The notes beneath the pieces are model-generated. The model was given only the letters and a program-made list of their open reading frames with translations, was not told the DNA's origin and made no database searches. Below are positions 1 through 13,001 of a stretch of 64,000 nucleotides of DNA, one piece after another (position 1 is the first letter of the stretch; each line of letters begins with the position of its first letter). This DNA is from Eledone cirrhosa (Eukaryota). The translations under genes and the position numbers were made by a program. The stretch lies in contig OZ024753.1 in assembly GCA_964016885.1 (NCBI GenBank), positions 30,876,001 through 30,940,000 of the forward strand, read 5' to 3'.

Positions 1-132
1 GCTGAGCTCCGGCCGTTTCGACAGCTAGATCTGGACGGGGTCCTGACTATTTTCCTATTACCCACTCTACTACCCTAAGTATTGAGTACTCTGGTGCGTT
101 ATGGTCCACCTGGTTCCTTACCACACTTACTT

Positions 133-135
<3 letters not shown>
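1..135 (+). mobile_element. Penelope-type pseudo-LTR 3' fragment (family J) with inverted half-hammerhead at its 5' side, ending in (TA)n
   Basis: The ggggtc...cctattacccactctac...gtattgagtactctggtgcgttatggtccacctggttccttacc sequence recurs at ~930-1040, 55703-55880 (-) and 62445-62634. Bases 1-30 are the reverse complement of tagctgtcGAAACGGC...GCTCAGC. Confidence 0.6.
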
Positions 136-207
<72 letters not shown>

Positions 208-306
208 CATGAGAAGAAAGAAGAATACTGCGTGGTTGCACATGGGTTACATATGATAAAATTAGTCCTTCGTCAGTGATTTGCCAACCATCATTGATAT
301 TTCATC

Positions 307-339
<33 letters not shown>

Positions 340-929
340 TATATATGTATGTATATATACGTGTATATATGTGCGTGTGTGTGTGTATATATAGCTAGAT
401 AAGTATAGGGAGGTAAGACAGTGTAGGTAAGATGATACGACAGAAGAAAGAGAGCGGTTATGTAATAAATATGACGAAATGACATGAATCTATATTTAGA
501 GACGCTGTCAGGCGTTGTCTACGTAAATCTCATAAGCTAGAAATAATGGTGCGTACGACAATCAACAGAGCGACAGACTGTATATCTTCTAGTTTCAAGT
601 TACATCTTTTATTCTTTGGCTGGTTTACATTATTGGACAGCGTTCATGGTGTGTACAGGCCCACCTTCAAATAGTTTTTTTTTGTTTCAATCGATTATAT
701 TGATCCCCTCCCCACTTGTAGATATTTCAATCGGGTATGTGTTTTATCGCATCTTATCGATCTCTATTTATCGAACCGCTAAAATTTACGTTTTTTTGAG
801 ATAAAAATACCGGCAGAATACAGAATCGGTTGATCACACCCCCCCTCTCTCTCTCTCTCTCTCTCTCACATACACATGCTCACTAACATATGCACACACA
901 CACATAGTGCTTCCTATAAATATATAGGA

Positions 930-1041
930 AGCCGTCGGGGTCATACCTTTTCCTATTACCCACTCTATTACTCTAAGTATTGAGTACTCTGGTGCGTTAT
1001 GGTCCATCTGGTTCCTTACCAGATGGACCATAATTCCTTCG
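930..1041 (+). mobile_element. Family J pLTR fragment
   Basis: agccgtcggggtc...cctattacccactc...gtattgagtactctggtgcgttatggtcc followed by (TA)n; matches the 1-135 and 62530-62634 copies. Confidence 0.55.
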
Positions 1042-1115
1042 TTATATATATTTATATATATTTATATTTATATATATATATAGTGCGTGAATGTGAGTGT
1101 GTGTGCGTTTATATA

Positions 1116-1151
<36 letters not shown>

Positions 1152-1915
1152 CGCCCCCATAATATATTAGAAGGTGTATAATGTATGTACATGTGTATGT
1201 GTGGGTGGGTGCGTACTTGAATGTGGGTGTATATACCAATGATATATCCAACGTCAGTATGTCACAGCAAGAGGGGAAGTTCAAAAGTATCATATAATGA
1301 ACAAAACATATCATTAAGACATTAAGACAATATAAAAAGACATTAGATGGTACAGTATTTAGTTTCGTCGTTTCACGCTGTCAGTTCAAATCCAATACGG
1401 GTCGGCTTTGTCTTTGTCTTTCATATTTTCGGGGGGTTATTAAAATAAAATAAGTATCATCAGTTAAATAGGAATTGGAGATCTTAATGTCTATATCGGA
1501 CCCCTTAACTTTTATAGTTTTGTGCGAAACCTATGATTTAATAATCATTTTTAAACCGTGCAAATATATATCTTGGCAATCTAACTCTTGCACGCCTCTT
1601 TAAAAACAAACGGGCCTTTTAGTTTCATATATATATATATTTTTTTTTCCCCTTTTTTTCCTATTCTTTGCATTATTCATTGATTTATTTACTGTAATTT
1701 TTGTTTATGTTTTTGCCATGATATCCTGTGTTGATCTCTGATTACGATTTTTTTTTTGTTTTATTTTGTCCCTGCTTTCAAGTAAATACTTTCCCCTCAT
1801 TGTTAATTCTTATGTTTATTTTTACGTTTATTTTAATTTTAATTTTTATTTGTTCTCCTTCCCTCTTTTTTCTAAATGTATTTCCACACACTTTCGGAAC
1901 TCTCCTCCTAACCTA

Positions 1916-1954
1916 TTTATCCCGAAGAAGGGCTTATGCCCGAAACGTCGTTCC
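1916..1954 (+). ncRNA. Degenerate minimal hammerhead ribozyme (U4C core), probable PLE 3' end
   Basis: CCGAAGA-A-GGGC(TTAT)GCCC-GAAA-C-GTC. Helix I is poorly paired. AATAAA follows at 1985, then a (TATG)n tail. Confidence 0.45.
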
Positions 1955-2035
1955 CCACCCCCCACTCTCAAAAGCGTGAACCTAATAAACCTTTATTTGT
2001 CTGCCTCTCTGTTTTGTTCCCGTATAAATTTACAC

Positions 2036-2071
<36 letters not shown>

Positions 2072-2148
2072 TGTATGTATGTATGTATGTATGTATGTAT
2101 AAGAATAAAGGAACACAGAATCAGTGTTTCATCATTACATATTTAATA

Positions 2149-2240
2149 ACATATTACATATGTTTCACTGTCGATCAGCTCGAGGAACGATCTATTAATG
2201 ATCGAGCCTGATTCTTGAATCGAAAGATCCTCAGATATGC
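2149..2240 (-). ncRNA. Type I hammerhead ribozyme with long helix II
   Basis: Minus strand: GCAUAU-CUGAGGA-[~60-nt stem with UCGAU/AUCGA and GCUCGA/UCGAGC]-GAAAC-AUAU-GUA-AUAUGU. Helix I GCAUAU/AUAUGU, palindromic helix III ACAUAUGU, GUA cleavage site. Confidence 0.65.
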
Positions 2241-2335
2241 TTTAATAGGCAAACTCGTCTCTGATGGTGTATGAAAGAGCATCAAATGCTCACTCGGCAT
2301 ACCGTCTACGCACACAGTTAAGTTGCACCTCTACG

Positions 2336-2385
<50 letters not shown>

Positions 2386-2684
2386 GGTTTGTTGGTTCAC
2401 CACTGGATAGAACTGGTCATTCTGTATAGTCAACCTTGATGTAATAATAGGGAGAGCACTCGACGTAATGCAACTCACCCGTCTTCGTTTGTGTAGTTGG
2501 TGGTGCGAGTACGGAGTTAATTATTATAAAATAACAGGAGGCTGTTATTTTATAAATATTATATATTTACGGGGTCGATAAAATAAAGTACCAGTAATGC
2601 ACTGGGTAATTGTTGGCTTTGTGCCAAAAAGTACAAATATATATATATATATATGTATGTATATGTATATATACATAAATATTT

Positions 2685-2732
2685 CGGATCTAGCTGTTGA
2701 AACGGCCGGAGCTCAGCCGTCGGGGTCCTGAA
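2685..2732 (+). ncRNA. 3' half of family J hammerhead
   Basis: GAAA-CGGC(CGGAGCTCA)GCCG-TC-GGGGTCC; the CUGAnGA half is absent. Confidence 0.45.
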
Positions 2733-2744
2733 ATATTTCATATA

Positions 2745-2890
2745 TATCTATATATCTAAAACAGAGAATGTCTGTCTGTCTGATTCCCCAAAACATGAGA
2801 ACCACCCAACCGATTGTTTTCAAACTTTACACATATAATACTTACGGTTCTCTGAGTGCTTTGAGAAAAGATATTTCAAATTTTCAATGC
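2745..2890 (+). mobile_element. Possible 5' part of a non-autonomous Helitron
   Basis: tctatatatctaaa...(tctg)n...ccaaccgatt...caaacttt resembles the 5' end of the 4610-4974 element. No 3' hairpin/CTAG end found. Confidence 0.35.
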
Positions 2891-3108
2891 CCTAGGGACC
2901 GCATTAGGCGATTTAGCGATCTCTCTCTATAATTCTTAGTTTTTCTCTTTAGATAGATACATAGATATAACGTTGCGCCCTTATAATATCTGTCTGTATG
3001 ACGATATATGTGTGTGTGTATATATGTTTATATAGTGTGTGTGTATATATATATAGTGTGTAACGTTTTTCGAAATATTTACTTCTGCGTTCACAGATAG
3101 ATTTTTTT

Positions 3109-3159
3109 AGTTTCAGAAGATCCCGTTAAGGGTGAAAGCAGCGATTCTTTGCTTAAACT
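3109..3159 (+). ncRNA. Degenerate hammerhead ribozyme (CAGAAGA core)
   Basis: AGUUU-CAGAAGA-UCCC(GUUAA)GGGU-GAAA-GCA(...)UGC-UU-AAACU. An inverted copy lies at ~15310-15362. Confidence 0.4.
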
Positions 3160-3183
3160 TTAATCTGTTATTTTAATAAATAA

Positions 3184-3257
<74 letters not shown>

Positions 3258-3352
3258 ATAAATGAAGTAATTCCGTCGGAAAAGTCCAGGAAAAAAGAGT
3301 GCTCTAAAAAACAGAGCTTAATAGTTATGTAATAAACAACATAAAGCAATTA

Positions 3353-3412
3353 TTCCATTTACCAGTGGTTTCTTAAAAGCAAAAGATTTTGCTTTCAATC
3401 CTCAGAATGAAA
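3353..3412 (-). ncRNA. Type I hammerhead ribozyme (inverted copy of 3491-3550)
   Basis: Exact reverse complement of the 3491-3550 motif. Confidence 0.75.
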
Positions 3413-3490
3413 AAATCCTGGTCTGTTTATTGAATTTGGATTAAAAAAAATTTTTTTTTAAATCAAAATTCAATAAACAGACCAGGATTT

Positions 3491-3550
3491 TTTCATTCTG
3501 AGGATTGAAAGCAAAATCTTTTGCTTTTAAGAAACCACTGGTAAATGGAA
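3491..3550 (+). ncRNA. Type I hammerhead ribozyme
   Basis: UUUCAUU-CUGAGGA-UUGAAAGCAAAA(UC)UUUUGCUUUUAA-GAAACC(ACU)GGUA-AAUGGAA: all three helices pair, the core is intact, cleavage site GUA. Confidence 0.8.
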
Positions 3551-3649
3551 TAATTGCTTTATGTTGTTTATTACATAACTATTAAGCTCTGTTACCTACA
3601 TAGAGCACTCTTTTTTCCTGGACTTTTCCGACGGAATTACTTCATTTAT

Positions 3650-3753
<104 letters not shown>

Positions 3754-4099
3754 TTATTTATTAAAATAACAGATTAAAGTTTAAGCAAAGAATCGCTGCT
3801 TTCATTGTTGTTTATTATGTTGTTTATTACATAACTATATATATATATATATATAAACCTGTCAACACTCTACTACTGTTATTGCCTATCCTAACTGCAT
3901 AACGTCACAAACATAGAAAAACAACAACAAACCAGCGAATAAAAAAACGAAACGAAACCAGCGTTAATTTGTCATCACATCTCAAGTTAACACCTTTTTC
4001 TTACACTCAACTCTTTTGTCATATTCTTACTTTTTGCACCGATTCACATATGTATAGTCATGCTGTTCTGTTCTAGTTTACTACCTTACTTGCATCGCC

Positions 4100-4342
4100 A
4101 TCATTATAATCACCACCACCACCACCACCACCTCCAATAATACTACCACCACCACTACCACCTCCAATAACACCACCACCACCACTACTACCTCTACTAA
4201 CACCACCACTACCACCTCCAATAACACCACCACTACCACCTCCACTAACACCACCACCACCGCCGACGTGGACGTCATCGTCATCGTTATAATCACCACC
4301 AGTACCAACACCACCACTATCACCATCATCATCACCACCACC
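4100..4342. repeat. (ACC)n/(CAT)n trinucleotide low-complexity tract
   Basis: Direct inspection. Confidence 0.85.
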
Positions 4343-4605
4343 TCGTCAAATCGGACCAAGGAAACAATGTTTCCATTGATCTTTCAATGTTTCCATTGAT
4401 CTCCTGGCAGAAGGAGTAACGTGAAATAAAGTGTCTTGCTGAAGGACACAATGCATCTCCCGGTCCGAGAATTGAACTCGCAACCTCACGATTACGAATC
4501 TAACTCTCTAACCACTAAACCACACGCCTTCAAAACATTTTATTTCACGTCGCTCCTTCTGCCAGGAGTTGCGACTGGTAAATAGTATCAGCAATGGAAA
4601 GACTA
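4343..4605 (-). mobile_element. tRNA-derived SINE (second family) with adjoining inverted fragment
   Basis: Minus strand tgaaggcgtgtggtttagtggttag (A box)...gagttcaattctc (B box)...gtgtccttcagcaagacac; homologous to 14453-14640 (+). Confidence 0.6.
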
Positions 4606-4609
4606 AATA

Positions 4610-4974
4610 TCTTCTATCTTCTATATATATAAAAGCGAGGATGTGTGTGTGTCTGTGTACAACTTTGGATACCTAAGGCTTTTACAATTACCAACCGAAT
4701 TTGATCAAATTTTCTGTGCACGTTGCACAGGTCGCTAAGATGGTCACATTTTCAAATCAATTTTCAAATCAATTTTCAAACGACCCACGTTGAGCAATAA
4801 AAAATCGATATCAAAATTATCGGTAGCAAAATTGATGTAAGGGAGATAACCAACTTTATTGACAGAAATATAAACATCAGATTCATTTGAAGATAAATCA
4901 CTAATATTATCGTTTGTTTCTTGTTTATTCTTTGTTGCATTTCAACCCTGGGCAACACCGGGTAAATCTGCTAG
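4610..4974 (+). mobile_element. Non-autonomous Helitron (~365 bp)
   Basis: Starts A|TC (tcttctatcttctatatatataaaag...(tg)n). Ends with GC-rich hairpin ccctgggcaacaccggg and CTAG|T, i.e. inserted at an AT dinucleotide without TSD. Confidence 0.65.
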
Positions 4975-5929
4975 TTATATATAAAGTAAAGTTAATAGAT
5001 TTTGTGTATTTTTAAATAGTTAACATGACTCTCTTCATGCAGCAATTATTTCAGGTTCAACACTTGTCAGAATTTAGATTGTCTAATGTAAAAAAAAAAA
5101 AAACTTCATTTGTCCATTGGCGGGCCACTTTCGAGCACTGGAACAACTATTAGGGCCATTAATATTTATTAAGCACTATTCCAAAGATCGACCACAACTT
5201 CTTTCCATAACATGGAACTGGGAAGTTATAACACGCATAACTCTATCAGTGAAGCCCATTAGTATAGGTCAACTAACAGAAAATTGTATTACCGTTACGA
5301 AAAAGATTCTAAATAAGCCTACAAGGTAAAAATAAAAAAAATCGATCTTAGCAATTTATTTTATTCATCAACGCTGGCAGAATTAATGGTGAAGTTCTTT
5401 CCAATGTGTAATATAATTTTAATTATTTCATCAAATACGGGAGGCAATTTCAGGTATGTTTCAGTATCATTAGAGCTCGTCAACGAAACACAGAATTCAT
5501 TGTACTTGCCGAATAAATGACAACTTCACACCTTGTTATAGTTATTATTAACAAAAGATTAAAACAAGATAAAATAAAATAGAAAGAGGAAATGATTAAA
5601 AGCACTGGCAAAGCCATGCTGTAAGACATGGAAGAAACCTTCCTTGACACCCCCTTCATAGCTTAATCAGAGAAAGATACACATCAAGGAGAGAGAGAGA
5701 GAAGGAGATAGAGAGAGAGAGAGAGAACCACTGATGACCACAAAGATAATTATACAATTGAAAAAAAACCCCAAAACATCTTGTTTTTTTCTTAAATCTG
5801 GGTGGATCATATTAATTCTACTTAAGATATATACTTATCTTCAGGGCTTGTTATTGTGGCAAAAAATAACATTCTATTATTCACCATTTGTCAAGGGTCG
5901 TTTAGTTCAATGATACAAAGCGTTCAGCC

Positions 5930-6675
5930 GGAATTTGAGAGGTACTGAGTTCGATTCTGTATAGCGGCTATTAACTACTATGTTTTTTCCGTTAATAGTG
6001 GTAGAGCGTCGGACAACATGCTTCGAAGTATGTTCCAGCTCATCACCTTCTAAGGTCAAGTCATACAGAGGTCAACTTTGACTTTCATTCATCTAGGTTC
6101 GATAAAATAAAGTACCATTCAAGAAGTGAGGTCGATTTAATCGACTTTCTCCTCCCCCACAATTCCTCGCTTTGTGTCTAACTGAGAAACCCTGGATGGG
6201 CAGTATCGGTAGAGAGTCGGACGCCATGCTTTCCAGCATAGTTACGTCCCTTTACGATCTGAGTTCAAATCCCGCCGAGGTTGACTTTGCCTTTCATCCT
6301 TACGGGGTCGATGAAATAAAGTACCAGTAATGCACTGGGTATTTGCTGGCCTTGTGCCTAAAGTAGAAACAATTATTGGATTAGTAGGGTCGTTAGTGTG
6401 CCAGACAAAATACCTCATGGTATTTAATTACAGTTATTTACGTTCTGAGTTCAAATCCCACCGTGGTTAGCTTTGCCTTTCATCCTTACGGGGTCGATAA
6501 AATAAAGCACTAATAGTGCACTGGTGTCGATTTAATCGACTTTCCCCTCCCCACAAATTGTTGGCCTTGTGCCTAAATCAGAAACAATTATGACTAGCAT
6601 TATTTATTTCGTGTTCAAATTCCGCCGAGTTCAACTTTGCCTGCCATCCTCCAGAGATCGACGAAATAAAGTAGG
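5930..6675 (+). mobile_element. Cluster of ~4 head-to-tail tRNA-derived SINEs
   Basis: Repeated gagttcaaatcccgccgaggttgactttgcctttcatccttacggggtcgataaaataaagtaccag with an upstream A-box-like ggcagtatcggtagag; best copy 6193-6377. Confidence 0.75.
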
Positions 6676-7222
6676 AATTAAGTGATGAAGAGTATTGTTA
6701 AAAGATGAGGAAGTAAAGAAGAGGATGAAGAGAAGGTTAAAGAAAAAGAGGGAAAAAGAAGAGGATGAGAATGAGAAGAAAATGAAGAAGAAAGAGAAGA
6801 AAGAGAAGTAATGGGTGGAGGAGGTGATTCTTTGATTTTGTTTGCTTATTTACCTTAGAGCAACGGAATGGAATGTTATTTGGAACTGGCCGTTCCTGTA
6901 TTTCTTCACAAAACAAGAATGTAAGAAGTAATAAGAAATACATTAGGGATGAATGTGCTAAAGGAGTTTTAATACGTGTGTGTGTGTGTGTGAAGGAGAG
7001 AGATAGGTAAAGCGATAGTGATTTAAAAAATAGAACCACCATTGTTTTCAAGAAAGATAATGAAAAAAAAAAAAAATAGTTTCAAAATAAAAAGTTAATA
7101 ATTTCAAGTAGATTAGTTGAAGCCCTGAGTGGTGAGAAATTGAAGCACAGTGTGGGCTGGGAGAAGGCAATGAGGGTAGTGAGGGGGTTGGTGAGGCAAT
7201 GTGGAGGCTGTAAGAACAATTG

Positions 7223-7257
<35 letters not shown>

Positions 7258-7379
7258 GTTCTTGAGTGAAAACAGTTCTAGTCCAGTAAAAGAAGTCATT
7301 TCTATAATAAAATGAATATATTTTTATATATATATATACGTACATACATACATATATATATATAATATAAATATATAGT

Positions 7380-7383
7380 GTGT

Positions 7384-7450
<67 letters not shown>

Positions 7451-7595
7451 ACACCACACCACACCACCCCACACCCACACCCACACCCACACCACACCAC
7501 ACACACACACGTGTATGTGTGTATATATACGTGTGTGTGTGTGTATATATATGTGTGTGTGTGTGTATATATATGTGTGTGTGTATATATATGTA
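7380..7595. repeat. (CA)n/(CACCA)n/(TG)n microsatellite
   Basis: Direct inspection. Confidence 0.9.
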
Positions 7596-7886
7596 TTCAT
7601 TTATGTTTTGTGGTTCAGCAATGGACAGTGCTGGTTATTTCGTTTGTAATATTTGGAAAAGCACTCTAACGTTGATGTTGAATCATATTAATATATCTAT
7701 CTACATATATACGTTTACCAAGATAGAAACTAGCCCTAGGAAAGTGTTGATCGAATTAAACATATGTAGAAAGGCTTCGTAGTGTTGACCATCCTAGTGA
7801 ACTATATTGCCCAATACAACGTTCTTTAAGGCGAAATGCTGCAATTTGAGAGGTTGAAATACGTCAGAACGAACAATATATATGTT

Positions 7887-7934
<48 letters not shown>

Positions 7935-9313
7935 GACGATTTGTTATGTATTCATTTTAATTACACTCTGCTTAGTATATATATATAAATATATATATAT
8001 AATATTTATATTTATGAATATATATGTGTATGAATACATACATGCCATCCATGTACCGTACATAGAGTAGGAAGTACACACTAATACTTTAAAATGTCAT
8101 CAAGACCTTACATAAATATATTTTGACAAGAAATAATTATTTACTACCCCACTCTCTCTCATTGTCTGTCTCTGTCTGTCTGTCTGTCTCTCTCTCTCCC
8201 CCTCTCTCTCTCAAAAGAAGACACTGAGGTTTTAGGAGCTGATGTTTTAAACTTAAATTAAAAAGGAAAAAGAAATATCCAATTTCTTTAAGCACGAATT
8301 TGAAAATTTTAATATTTTTCTCAGAAAATAAAAATAACCAAATAATATACTAAAGATTATTTAAAAAATATCATTGCTGTTTATTATTATCTGTACGGGG
8401 TCGATAAAATAAAGTACCAGTAATGCACTGTGATAATCGCTGGCCTTGTGAAACAATTATTATCTGTGAGACCAGAAAGATAACGTTTGTAGTTAACGCT
8501 AAATGTATATTGATAAAGTCAACCATGAGAGAATTAGACATAGTTTGTAAAAAGAATTTTTTGAATTCTTAAAATTATGCAAGTAAATTATCTTTCCTCA
8601 TAGAATAATAGTACATCTGTTACAAAATATTTGAGCAGTATAAATAATAAACACCATTGTAATTTCACTCAGTTAATCATAGTTAAATTTATACTCTTCC
8701 TTTCGTCAGTAATTTATTTTCAATCTGCTCATATTAGGACAATTATGCATGCAGGGAAATCTTTGTTATTTTTGGATTAAAAAGAATAGTGAAAAGCTGT
8801 TGGATATCAACATGGTAAATTCATGATAGATCCAAAGTTTATGATTTTATTTGCCATCATATTTTATATTTGTTTCAAAACAGATTTAATGCGCTTCTGG
8901 GTGGCTTATATCGTGACGATAGCTTCATTTCTTTACGTAATATACATGGCCATGTAACAGAATCCTAATATGAACTGTCAAAAAATAAGTTGTAGCTAAA
9001 AATTATGATTGATATTAAACTTAGCACTGGCAAATTTCTAAAGGTTACTTTCATGAACCAACTGCTGTTTCGTTGTTACTTAACATCTGATCAGGATCCA
9101 TCTACCACATCCTGAGCGATAATAATGGAAGACTAAAAAAAAAAAAAAAAATGATAATAACGGGCACGTAACTCCTGATGGAGTCGTAGGGGCGCCATAT
9201 TGACATACGGCGTTTCTTGGGTATTTTAAACCTGGTAGTACCCATTCCTCTCCTGGTCTGGACACAACCGAGTTCTTCCAAAGAAAGTAAGAAAGAATTG
9301 ATCCCTGCGTTGG

Positions 9314-10723
9314 ACAGATACTTATTTATCGACCTACAATAGGATGAAGGGCTCAGTTGACCTCGGTGAGATTTGAACTCACAGATACTTATTTATCGAC
9401 CTACAATAGGATGAAGGGCTCAGTTGACCTCGGTGAGATTTGAACTGACAGATACTTATTTATCGACCTACAATAGGATGAAGGGCTCAGTTGACCTGGG
9501 TGAGATTTGAACTGACAGATACTTATTTATCGACCTATAATAGGATGAAGGGCTCAGTTGACCTCGGTGAGATTTGAACTCACAGTTACTTATTTATCGA
9601 CCTATAATAGGATGAAGGGCTCAGTTGACCTCGGTGAGATTTGAACTCACAGATACTTATTTATCGACCTACAATAGGATGAAGGGCTCAGTTGACCTCG
9701 GTGAGATTTGAACTGACAGATACTTATTTATCGACCTATAATAGGATGAAGGGCTCAGTTGACCTGGGTGAGATTTGAACTCACAGATACTTATTTATCG
9801 ACCTATAATAGGATGAAGGGCTCAGTTGACCTGGGTGAGATTTGAACTCACAGATACTTATTTATCGACCTACAATAGGATGAAGGGCTCAGTTGACCTC
9901 GGGGAGATTTGAACTCACAGATACTTATTTATCGACCTACAATAGGATGAAGGGCTCAGTTGACCTGGGTGAGATTTGAACTCACAGATACTTATTTATC
10001 GAACTATAATAGGATGAAGGGCTCAGTTGACCTCGGTGAGATTTGAACTCACAGATACTTATTTATCGACCTACAATAGGATGAAGAGCTCAGTTGACCT
10101 CGGTGAGATTTGAACTCACAGATACTTATTTATCGACCTATAATAGGATGAAGGGCTCAGTTGACCTCGGTGAGATTTGAACTCACAGATACTTATTTAT
10201 CGACCTATAATAGGATGAAGGGCTCAGTTGACCTCGGTGAGATTTGAACTCACAGATACTTATTTATCGACCTATAATAGGATGAAGGGCTCAGTTGACC
10301 TCGGTGAGATTTGAACTCACAGATACTTATTTATCGACCTACAATAGGATGAAGGGCTCAGTTGACCTGGGTGAGATTTGAACTCACAGATACTTATTTA
10401 TCGACCTACAATAGGATGAAGGGCTCAGTTGACCTCGGGGAGATTTGAACTCACAGATACTTATTTATCGACCTATAATAGGATGAAGGGCTCAGTTGAC
10501 CTGGGTGAGATTTGAACTCACAGATACTTATTTATCGACCTACAATAGGATGAAGGGCTCAGTTGACCTCGGGGAGATTTGAACTCACAGATACTTATTT
10601 ATCGACCTACAATAGGATGAAGGGCTCAGTTGACCTGGGTGAGATTTGAACTCACAGATACTTATTTATCGACCTATAATAGGATGAAGGGCTCAGTTGA
10701 CCTCGGTGAGATTTGAACTCACA
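9314..10723 (-). repeat. 67-bp tandem satellite (~21 copies) derived from the SINE B-box plus central domain
   Basis: Unit acagatacttatttatcgacctacaataggatgaagggctcagttgacctcggtgagatttgaactc. Its reverse complement aligns to the SINE gagttcaaatc...gaggttgac...cctttcatcct...ggtcgataaa...aagta. Confidence 0.9.
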
Positions 10724-10943
10724 ACGTAGTGAGCTGGAACAAACGACGGTCTAACGACCCTGACATTTCGCCGTTTTACGACGAACGACTTGTGATACGG
10801 AAGCAAAGATATATCTAGGAAGAAGAAATTTATTTAGATAATGGTGCGAGGGTGTTAACTGGACAATTACTAAAATAGCAATGTTGCATTCCTGGTTGTG
10901 AACATACGACGGATATAAATATATATAACTATATAAATGTTTT

Positions 10944-11007
<64 letters not shown>

Positions 11008-11709
11008 AATGTATATGTGTGTGTGTTTTTGTGTATGTTGTTCTGTGTATGTATGAGCGTGTGTGTGTCTGGCTGTACGTGTCCAGACGCACACTTTTTT
11101 CATAAGCCGTTTCGGAAACTGTCAATGGAAACAGTGGTTTGCCAATGTAGTGGTGGTAGCGGTGATGCTTGTGGTGGTGGTGATGTTTGTGGTGGTGGTG
11201 GTATAGAAACTTCTTGTTATTATAGGGGGAAGGAGGGGGGGATTTAAGTGCAACCAAATACCACATACATTATTATCGTCGCCTGTCCGACACGCGGACG
11301 ACGACAACAACAACCATAAATGACTATTAGGGAAACCACTTACTTCCGTTGTGTGGAAACATCTGAGTCGAGCGGATGAAATACGTAAGCTTCTGACGTC
11401 CATTGACCCTTTCAAAGTAAATTTTTAGATATAAACATATATTTTCCTTCCCCCTCATCTATTTCTTTTATTCACTAAATTCATCAACTCCTACTTCTCT
11501 TTTCATTCCAATAATTTTTTAATGCTTTTATTATTTCTTTCTTTTTTTTATTTTTTCCTCCCTTTCTTATTTCTCCTTAGTTCCTTATTTACTTATTTAT
11601 TTATTTGCTTATTTGATCCATTACATTTGCAAGTAGCATCTGCCTGCTTGCCTACCTACCTACCTACCTACCTACCTACCTACCTACCTACCTACCTACC
11701 TATCTATCA

Positions 11710-12216
11710 AACCGCCACCCTCCTTCAAAAACGAAGGAGAGGCGGTTTTCCTTTGTGTGATATCTATGGCGAAAGAGGTTGTATGGTGGACAAGGTTGAA
11801 AGGGCTGAGGTCAGACACCTTTCTCTCAGGCCAACAACTGATTCTTTTGTTTCAAATACCACTTTAGAAGAAGAATCAGGATGGAGAGAGAGGTGCTGTA
11901 CCCCAGCAAGTTTTATGAAAGGTGGGTGAAAGTGGCGAGAATGGCCCGAGTTAATGGGCCTTCTCTATATCAGCCTGTAGGTTGAGGAAAAGGAGGAAGA
12001 GAGGAAAGGCGTACAAACTTTTCGTACTCCTGGAGATGAGGGTTGCACATTTTTTCGGGGGTATGTGTTACCCATATGAAATGTCTCCCCCTATTGGGGG
12101 AAAATCGATTATTTTAAAATTGCATTTGTGATAGTATTTTACATGTTTTTATTGCATGTAAACTTCCCCCTTTGTATTTGTCCCCTTCTTTTGTGCCCCT
12201 GTGGCTAATAAAGAAA
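11710..12216 (+). mobile_element. 3' remnant of an L1/Tx1-clade non-LTR retrotransposon
   Basis: Frameshifted translation EAVFLCVISMAKEVVWWTRLKGL.../KYHFRRRIRMEREVLYPSKFYERWVKV resembles the Tx1 ORF2 C-terminus (AK.vW.tR...RiR.E...F.ERW). Ends in AATAAA plus (TA)n and sits directly after a (CCTA)n tract. Confidence 0.5.
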
Positions 12217-12279
12217 CATATCTATATATATATATATATCTATTGTTTCTTTACCATTCATTGGTCAATCAATCAGAAA

Positions 12280-12380
12280 CTATAGTAGAAAATACTGGGC
12301 CTTGGTGCCAGGCAGTTGGACGGAACCTGAAACCATGTGACTGCAAAGCGAATTCCTTAACCGCACAGCCATGTCTGCGT
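12280..12380 (-). mobile_element. Degenerate tRNA-derived SINE 5' part
   Basis: Minus strand cgcagacatggctgtgcggttaag...acatggtttcaggttc...ggcacc...ttctactatag. Confidence 0.45.
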
Positions 12381-13001
12381 TGTATGAGACAGAGAAAATA
12401 TTTCTCCCAGCCATTTTCTGTGACTGATTGTAAATTATTTTGAAGTGGTATTAATAATTAGTTAGGTGAATGTTTTTCGAAATATCCATAAGAATTGAGA
12501 ACAAACTACAAACCAGTTGATTCTTCCCGTCGGGCGGGGAGATCTCTCACCCACCCCAAAGTGGGTGAGAGATCTCCACTTTCGGGCGGGTGAAAGATGT
12601 CTTTCCTTGTGAAAATGAGTATAGCTTTCATTATATAAAATCTCCCCATTTTGCCTCATTTCTCTCCGTTTTAGGGCACTTTTTTTCATGGTACTCCCCG
12701 TTTGGGTTTTTAGAGGTTGGCAAGACTGTGATTTACAAAGTTTTATTTCGCATCCACTTCGGGCCAAGAAACCACAGCTAAACACGACCATAAGTATTCC
12801 TCAGTGCTTAAGTGACATTTCTTCAATAGCAATTAATTATCAAATATATTATTCAAACTTTTTAGGAGCAAAAAAGACAAATATTTATAAATGTTTACTT
12901 TTTTGTTAAAAAAAAGGAATGGAAAAGAAGAAAAAGTAAAAAAAAAATGAATTAAGCAACGAAGGAAAAAGAGGGGAGAGGGAGAGACTCCACACCCTGG
13001 T

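Noticed and set aside
240-285. Minus-strand CUGACGA near a CAUAUGUA palindrome
   Set aside because: No helix II closure or GAAA; at best a relic.
6193-6275. tRNA gene
   Set aside because: A/B boxes are present but there is no cloverleaf; it is a multi-copy SINE head.
9080-9300. GC-richer stretch that might be a host exon
   Set aside because: No recognisable protein similarity in any frame and no clear splice-site pair.
9314-10723. CRISPR-like regular repeat
   Set aside because: Units are contiguous with no unique spacers, no cas genes are present, the context is eukaryotic and the unit is SINE-derived.
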